Shown here: positions 58,118 to 64,000 of the stretch, piece by piece
How positions within the stretch are numbered: position 1 is the first letter of the stretch
Layout of the letters: each line of letters begins with the position of its first letter
NCBI GenBank assembly: GCA_016933575.1
Contig: JAFGAR010000081.1
Coordinates: forward strand, 64,001 to 128,000
Reading direction: 5' to 3'
Source: Candidatus Thorarchaeota archaeon
GTDB lineage: Archaea; Asgardarchaeota; Thorarchaeia; Thorarchaeales; Thorarchaeaceae
DNA length: 64,000 bases
The notes under the pieces: model-generated
What the model was told of the DNA's origin: nothing
Databases searched by the model: none
Seen by the model: the letters and a program-made list of their open reading frames with translations, nothing else
Translations under genes and position numbers: made by a program

Positions 58118-58543
58118 GTGTGGCAAATGATGCTATCTCCCTCTGAAATGAATCAACGGTATCAAGAAATAGTGCATGCGCCTATTAGTTCAGTTGATAG
58201 TGAATGTGGGGAGTCCATTTCCAATTTATGCAACACGGATTGGATCCAGATATTAGTAGTACGTAATCTCGATTCTCCAAATATATGTAATATCGAAATT
58301 GAGATCTCCATGCCCACATGTGTCGTAGAGCCATCTCTAACCTTACCGCAACCTCTACGAGAAAAAGCTCGGACGCATATTGAGAACACAATCAATCATC
58401 TAAAGTACTTGCTAAATTTGGAATCTGTGGGAATGACTCTTGGAGTGCTCTCAGCTGAAGGAATTTGGAGTGCAGTACTCGAAATGAAGGACTCTCCTGA
58501 TGATACTCTGTTCGAAAAAATCTCCCCTCCTGTGGTGATCTAG
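58118..58543 (+). CDS. Unknown protein, module copy 2
   Basis: Paralogous to 55820-56251. Confidence 0.75.
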   Translation: MWQMMLSPSEMNQRYQEIVHAPISSVDSECGESISNLCNTDWIQILVVRNLDSPNICNIEIEISMPTCVVEPSLTLPQPLREKARTHIENTINHLKYLLNLESVGMTLGVLSAEGIWSAVLEMKDSPDDTLFEKISPPVVI

Positions 58544-58651
58544 CCCAGCTTCTCAATTGCTCTCTATTCGCTTCTCACATCAATTTCGTGTAAGTCGAGT
58601 CCTTTATGAGGAAGCAAACATTTTTTGAAACCACTCAATGGAAGTGTCTCT

Positions 58652-60673
58652 ATGACAGTTGATGTATCAAAGGCAATGACGATTAAATTATCGTCTGAGC
58701 TTCCTCCAAAACCTGTTTTCGATCCCAAGATACGTCGAGCTCCTAATCGCGGATTCGATCTCAATCCTCGGGAAACTATTATCGCAGTGAAGAATGCACT
58801 ACGCTATATTCCTGAGAGTCTTCACAAGGCACTCGCTCCTGAATTCTTGGATGAACTGCTCACACGAGGTCGTATCTACGGGTATCGATATCGCCCACAG
58901 GGTGCCATCAAAGCAAGACCTGTTGATGAATACAAGGGAATTCTAGAAGCTCGTGCCATTCAACTGATGATTGACAATAACCTTGACTTTGATGTGGCTC
59001 TTTATCCATATGAGCTTGTGACGTATGGCGAGTCAGGTCAAGTATGTCAAAATTGGATGGAATATATTCTCATCAAAAAATATCTTGAAGCCATGACCGA
59101 CGAGCAGACCCTTGTGGTAAGTTCCGGTCATCCTGTCGGCCTCTTTCCATCTCGTAAAGAAGCTCCTCGAGTCCTCTCTACAAACGGTCTCATGGTGGGC
59201 ATGTTCGACACTTCTGAAGGTTTCCATCACGCTGCGCAACTTGGATCGGCAAATTACGGACAGATGACAGCAGGGGGGTGGATGTACATTGGACCACAAG
59301 GCATTGTTCATGGAACTTACATCACTCTGCTTAATGCGGGACGACTATATCTTGGTCTTCCTGATAATAAGGACCTTCGTGGGAAAGTCTTCTTAACGTC
59401 TGGTCTTGGCGGGATGAGTGGTGCTCAAGGAAAGGCTATTGAGATAGCTGGAGGAATAGGCATCATAGCAGAGGTTGACAAGAGTAGAATTGATACGCGA
59501 CACGAACAGGGTTGGCTGAGGAGGTTCTCTTCTGACTTGGATGAGATATTCAAATGGGTTGATGAATACAGAACCAAGGCTGAACCCGTATCCATTGGAT
59601 ACTATGGTAATGTCGTTGACTTGTGGGAATATGTTCTTGAGAACAATATTACCATTGAGCTTGCCTCGGATCAGACTTCCTGCCATGATGTCTATGGTGG
59701 TGGTTACACTCCACAGGGTGTTTCATTCGAAGAGGGGCGCGAGCTTCTCAAGACTGATAGAGACCGATTCAAGAAACTAGTGGATGCTTCTCTACGTCGT
59801 CAGTTTGAACTCATCGATGGGATGTCAAAGCGTGGTACCTACTTTTGGGACTATGGAAATTCATTCATGAAAGCTGTCTTTGATGCTGGTGCGAAGAGGA
59901 TAGCCAAGAATGGAAATGATACCTCTGAGGGCTTTGTCTTCCCCTCCTACGTTGAGGACATCATGGGGCCAATCTGCTTCGATTATGGCTATGGTCCATT
60001 CAGATGGGTTTGTCTAAGTGGAAAACATGAAGACCTGAATCGAACAGATGCCGCAGCAATGTCTTGCATTGACCCGAACCGTCGAGGACAGGACCGAGAT
60101 AATCACCATTGGATTCGAGATGCTGAGAAGAATGCACTTGTGGTTGGTTCTCAAGCAAGAATCCTCTATGCTGATGCACAGGGTCGAGTAAATATTGCAC
60201 TGGAATTTAACAGACTGGTTCGAGAGGGAAAAGTAGGTCCTATCATGCTTGGTAGAGACCATCATGATACCGCAGGGACTGATTCTCCATTCCGAGAGAC
60301 CGCTAACATATACGATGGTAGCAATGTCATGAGTGATATGGCTCATCAGTGTTGGTCTGGAAATGCAGCTCGAGGAATGACAATGTGTGTTCTCTCAAAT
60401 GGAGGCGGTGTTGGAACAGGGAAAGCAATCAACGGTGGATTCGGACTTGTTCTCGATGGCAGTGACCGTGTAGATAGAATCATTCAACTTGCTCTTGACT
60501 GGGATGTCATGGGCGGCGTTGCTCGTCGCGCCTGGGCAAGAAATCCACCCGCGATTGAGACCGCGGCAGAGTGGAACAAACGAAATACAACCCATGGTCA
60601 AATCTCACTTCCATTCATTCCAGAAGACGGTCTTGTAGAAGATCTGGTCAAGAAACGATTTGAGGAGGACTAA
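58652..60673 (+). CDS. hutU: Urocanate hydratase (long ~675 aa form)
   Basis: PYELVTYG, YGQMTAGGWMYIGPQGIVHGT, SDQTSCH, GPFRW, GRDHHD, DSPFRET. Confidence 0.95.
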   Translation: MTVDVSKAMTIKLSSELPPKPVFDPKIRRAPNRGFDLNPRETIIAVKNALRYIPESLHKALAPEFLDELLTRGRIYGYRYRPQGAIKARPVDEYKGILEARAIQLMIDNNLDFDVALYPYELVTYGESGQVCQNWMEYILIKKYLEAMTDEQTLVVSSGHPVGLFPSRKEAPRVLSTNGLMVGMFDTSEGFHHAAQLGSANYGQMTAGGWMYIGPQGIVHGTYITLLNAGRLYLGLPDNKDLRGKVFLTSGLGGMSGAQGKAIEIAGGIGIIAEVDKSRIDTRHEQGWLRRFSSDLDEIFKWVDEYRTKAEPVSIGYYGNVVDLWEYVLENNITIELASDQTSCHDVYGGGYTPQGVSFEEGRELLKTDRDRFKKLVDASLRRQFELIDGMSKRGTYFWDYGNSFMKAVFDAGAKRIAKNGNDTSEGFVFPSYVEDIMGPICFDYGYGPFRWVCLSGKHEDLNRTDAAAMSCIDPNRRGQDRDNHHWIRDAEKNALVVGSQARILYADAQGRVNIALEFNRLVREGKVGPIMLGRDHHDTAGTDSPFRETANIYDGSNVMSDMAHQCWSGNAARGMTMCVLSNGGGVGTGKAINGGFGLVLDGSDRVDRIIQLALDWDVMGGVARRAWARNPPAIETAAEWNKRNTTHGQISLPFIPEDGLVEDLVKKRFEED

Positions 60674-61302
60674 TCCTCTCTATCATCAAGCAGTTCTCTG
60701 GACAATCGGTGCGCTTGGCGCAAGACTTCAGGATAGCCCTCTATGCATGAGTTTCTTACAATTTGTACAGCTGTTTCTAATGAGACTCTATGTCCTATTG
60801 AGATATAGATTGGTCTTTTTTTATTCATCCACAATGCTCGTCCAAGAAGTTCGTCTTCATGGATAATATCCGCAGTGTTTCCTGAACGTACTCCTAGCTC
60901 CCCTAGCATGAGTTTCTTCGCTACTCCTACAGTCTGAAGATTCATCGTTAATCCTACATAAGAGGCAAGGCCAAATCGTCGAGGGTGAAGTATTCCATTT
61001 CCATCAATCAGGACAATTCCAGATGGTACTTTCAATCTCTGAAGTAACTTGATAAGTATCGGTCCTTCTCGTAGTTGGAAAAATCCCGGAATATATTCTG
61101 ATTCAATACCGGAAGTGACTGTAGTAGAGTATATTATCTCCCTTGTAGTGATGTCTGAAACCACAGCACATCCAAACGCAATGCTGTCACTATATGAAAC
61201 ATCAACGCCAGTCACGACCGTACCAATATCCTGAGGCTCATCATATCTCTTGACAAAATTAGAAAGTTCTTCTTGATCTGTTGCCAAGGTCTTCAGATTC
61301 AC
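60670..61302 (-). CDS. nfi: Endonuclease V
   Basis: GVDVSY, YIPGFFQLRE, IDGNGILHPRRFGLA, GVAK, ISIGH. Confidence 0.92.
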   Translation of the reverse strand: MNLKTLATDQEELSNFVKRYDEPQDIGTVVTGVDVSYSDSIAFGCAVVSDITTREIIYSTTVTSGIESEYIPGFFQLREGPILIKLLQRLKVPSGIVLIDGNGILHPRRFGLASYVGLTMNLQTVGVAKKLMLGELGVRSGNTADIIHEDELLGRALWMNKKRPIYISIGHRVSLETAVQIVRNSCIEGYPEVLRQAHRLSRELLDDRED

Positions 61303-61455
61303 TGTTCTATCACTCTCTCTTCTACTAGGTTTCTTTACTAAAATGGATTTATCGGACCTTTTGTGCTTGTTCGATAACTACTAAAGAGAGCTTCTGTGAA
61401 TTTCTCCTGACAGGTACGTCTTCATACCGTTTACTAGTCAGAGGTTGTTCCTACG

Positions 61456-62985
61456 ATGATTTTGATAGATGGAGAAAGTCTTTCGATTGAGGATGTTGTT
61501 CAAGTTGCTCGTTATAAGAAGAAAGTCGAGCTTGCTGTAGCAGCAATTGAAAAGATCAAAAAGAGTCGTGATGTCGTCGAGACTGCCATCAATGAAGGAC
61601 GTACTGTATATGGAGTGAATACTGGTTTTGGTGAACTTGCAAGTGTTTCCATCAGTAGAGTAGATTTAGCGAGTCTTCAAGTGAATTTAATCCGAAGTCA
61701 TTGTGTTGGTGTTGGTGACCCCTTCGTAGTTGAGGTCGTCAGAGGAATGATGCTTCTTCGAGCAAACGCTCTCGCTAAAGGATATTCAGGGGTTCGACCT
61801 GATGTGATAATCACTTTGATTGAAATGCTTAATGCTGGAGTGGTTCCAGTCGTTCCCCAACAGGGATCCGTTGGTTCAAGCGGTGATCTTGCGCCTCTTG
61901 CCCATATGGTCTTAGTGATGATTGGTGAGGGTGAGGCTTTCTACAAAGGAAAGCGAGTGCCCGGCTGGGATGCCATGGAGAAAGCAAAAATCAAACCGTT
62001 GGTTCTTCAAGCGAAGGAAGGCGTAGCGCTCATCAATGGAACGCAGCCAATGACATCAATAGGAGTTCTTGCAGTATATGATGCACTGTCTACAATTAAG
62101 GATGCAACTATTGCTGCTTCAATGAGTCTTGAAGCTCTTCGAGGAACACGTGCAGCGCTTGATTCAAGAATACATTCACTTCGTCCGCATGAAGGGCAGG
62201 TTGAGATAGCTGATGCAATGCGCCGAGTCCTTCTTGACAGCGAGATTAATCAATCACATGCAAACTGTGGTAAAGTCCAGGATGCCTATTCACTCCGGTG
62301 TTCTCCCCAAGTCATCGGGGCATCCTTAGACACAATACGTTATGTCCAGAGTATCTTGGAGACCGAGATAAATTCTGCAACTGATAATCCTCTTGTCTTC
62401 CCGGAAAACGGAACTGTTGTATCTGGTGGGAACTTTCATGGTCAGCCTATAGCCCTAGCAATGGACTTTCTTTCTATTGCTCTATCAGAGCTTGCAAACA
62501 TCGCTGAGCGAAGAATCAATCGGCTCGTCAACCCTCATCTAAGTGGTCTTCCTGCCTTCCTCACCACTGAGAGTGGACTTGAATCAGGGATGATGATAGC
62601 TCAGTATACTGCAGCAGCTCTTGTATCAGAGAATAAGGTACTTGCACACCCTGCAAGTGTTGACTCAATTCCTACAAGTGCTGACCAAGAAGATCATGTC
62701 AGTATGGGTACGATTGCGGCACGAAAGGCTTCTACCATTCTAGAGAATGTCAAGAATGTCATAGCAATCGAGTATATGTGTGCCGCCCAAGGCATTGACC
62801 TACTTTCCCCTCTAAGACCATCAGGACCTCTCCAAACCGGTCATTCAACACTACGAAAAGCTATCACTAAACTCGAAGACGATCGAGTTCTTAGTGAGGA
62901 TATCTCCAAGATTCGTGAATTAATGGACCAAGGTGCTATAGTGAAAAGTGTTGAGACCATCACGGGTCATCTGTTGGATGTCTAA
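61456..62985 (+). CDS. hutH: Histidine ammonia-lyase
   Basis: YGVNTGFG, GSVGSSGDLAPL, KEGVALINGT, QDAYSLRC, SGGNFHG, QEDHVSMG. Confidence 0.95.
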   Translation: MILIDGESLSIEDVVQVARYKKKVELAVAAIEKIKKSRDVVETAINEGRTVYGVNTGFGELASVSISRVDLASLQVNLIRSHCVGVGDPFVVEVVRGMMLLRANALAKGYSGVRPDVIITLIEMLNAGVVPVVPQQGSVGSSGDLAPLAHMVLVMIGEGEAFYKGKRVPGWDAMEKAKIKPLVLQAKEGVALINGTQPMTSIGVLAVYDALSTIKDATIAASMSLEALRGTRAALDSRIHSLRPHEGQVEIADAMRRVLLDSEINQSHANCGKVQDAYSLRCSPQVIGASLDTIRYVQSILETEINSATDNPLVFPENGTVVSGGNFHGQPIALAMDFLSIALSELANIAERRINRLVNPHLSGLPAFLTTESGLESGMMIAQYTAAALVSENKVLAHPASVDSIPTSADQEDHVSMGTIAARKASTILENVKNVIAIEYMCAAQGIDLLSPLRPSGPLQTGHSTLRKAITKLEDDRVLSEDISKIRELMDQGAIVKSVETITGHLLDV

Positions 62986-62987
62986 TT

Positions 62988-64000
62988 CTAGGGACCAAAT
63001 TTTGTATGTACTAATTGCCCATTCACAACCACGGTATGAACAAGATTGACTCCAAATCTCCAAGTAAGAAATTCAGGATTCGGACAATCAAGAATTAGAA
63101 TGTCTGCTCTCTTACCTTCTTCTATGCTTCCTATAGAGTCAGCTCGATCAATAGCGTGTGCTGCGTTAATCGTGACTGCAGATATGGCTTCTCGAGGTTG
63201 CATCTTCATCTTATAGCACGCTAGTGCAATTGTAAAGAACATGGACTCGTTGGCGCAATTGGGGTTGAAATCCGTAGCAAGGGCTACAGGCAATCCCATC
63301 TCTATCATCTTGCGTGCGTCTGCATAGTTTGTATTGAGGCTAAATGCAGTTGCTGGGAGTAGGGTTGCAATAGTACCTGCCTTCAACATTGCCTCTAATC
63401 CATCATCTGAGGCCATCAGTAAGTGGTCTGCTGATATGGCTCCCATCTCAGCCGCTAGTTCTGCACCCCCTAGCTGAACGATCTCATCAGCGTGAACTTT
63501 CAATTTCATGCCTGAGCATTTTGCAGCGTATAGAATATTACGTGACTGTTCAACTTCAAAGACTCCTTTTTCACAGAAGACATCACAGAATTCCGCCAAT
63601 TTCTTTTCAGCAACCGCAGGTATCATCTCATTGATGAGAAGGTCCACATAATCCTCAGCACGTCCCTTGAATTCTGGTGGGATTGCATGTGCCCCTAAGA
63701 ATGTTGAGACCAGACCTGATGGTATCATTCGACCAAGCTCTTGAACAGCTTGGAGCATCTTGAGCTCATTTTCGGTGTTTAATCCATAGCCACTCTTTGC
63801 CTCAATGGTCGTGGTTCCCATGCTCAACATACTCTCTGCGTAAGAGAACGCATTGCTGACAAGCTGATCTTTTGTTGAAGCTCTCGTATGCTTCAATGTA
63901 TTAAGAATCCCACCTCCTGCTTCAAGAATCTCTAGATAGTTCTTTCCTTCCAATTTCATCGAGAAGTCCTTCTCTCGAGACCCTCCAAATGTAAGGTGGG
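62988..64000 (-). CDS. hutI: Imidazolonepropionase (5' truncated by the window edge)
   Basis: GGGI, GTTTIEAKSGYGL, FLGAH, DVFCE, HADE, SADHL, ATDFNP. Confidence 0.93.
   Translation of the reverse strand, partial: HLTFGGSREKDFSMKLEGKNYLEILEAGGGILNTLKHTRASTKDQLVSNAFSYAESMLSMGTTTIEAKSGYGLNTENELKMLQAVQELGRMIPSGLVSTFLGAHAIPPEFKGRAEDYVDLLINEMIPAVAEKKLAEFCDVFCEKGVFEVEQSRNILYAAKCSGMKLKVHADEIVQLGGAELAAEMGAISADHLLMASDDGLEAMLKAGTIATLLPATAFSLNTNYADARKMIEMGLPVALATDFNPNCANESMFFTIALACYKMKMQPREAISAVTINAAHAIDRADSIGSIEEGKRADILILDCPNPEFLTWRFGVNLVHTVVVNGQLVHTKFGP

Noticed and set aside
55483-58543. Composite transposon interpretation of the duplicated modules around the M20 gene
   Set aside because: No transposase motifs, terminal inverted repeats or target-site duplications; the copies are highly diverged at DNA level
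1-64000. CRISPR arrays, tRNA/rRNA genes, integrases
   Set aside because: No regularly spaced repeats, cloverleaf/T-loop signatures or recombinase motifs were seen by eye

Overview
Gene-dense archaeal DNA, very likely from an Asgard archaeon (Thorarchaeia-like). This is inferred from the archaeal proteasome-exosome superoperon together with a Rab-like GTPase, a longin-domain protein, a WD40 protein and SCP2 proteins. Left to right the window holds: the 3' end of a group 4 membrane [NiFe]-hydrogenase operon; a four-subunit 2-oxoacid:ferredoxin oxidoreductase split by an SDR and by an opposite-strand longin/NPRL2-like + Rab-like GTPase pair; a membrane-tethered wHTH regulator with a surface protein; two divergent hdrCB pairs; an aconitase-aclB-aclA-icd operon (ATP citrate lyase); a permuted double HdrA facing a group 3b sulfhydrogenase across a perfect 20-bp palindrome; an ABC exporter; a tight dehydrogenase-kinase-aldolase-AOR operon; a NikR-linked metal ABC importer; the psmA-sdo1-rrp4-rrp41-rrp42-rpl37ae-brix-pcc1-pfdB superoperon (acidic tails, no rpoP) plus an ECF module; TPR and WD40 proteins; a duplicated wHTH + unknown-protein module flanking an M20 peptidase; and histidine utilisation genes. 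No rRNA, tRNA, CRISPR array or transposase was seen. Best novelty candidates are the GATOR1/NPRL2-like longin-wHTH protein paired with a non-canonical Rab-like GTPase, the duplicated wHTH/unknown module with a conserved upstream motif, the ACL operon and the orphan sugar-to-AOR pathway. Family calls come from motif recognition by eye, not database searches, and several start codons were moved from the ORF track to more plausible ones.
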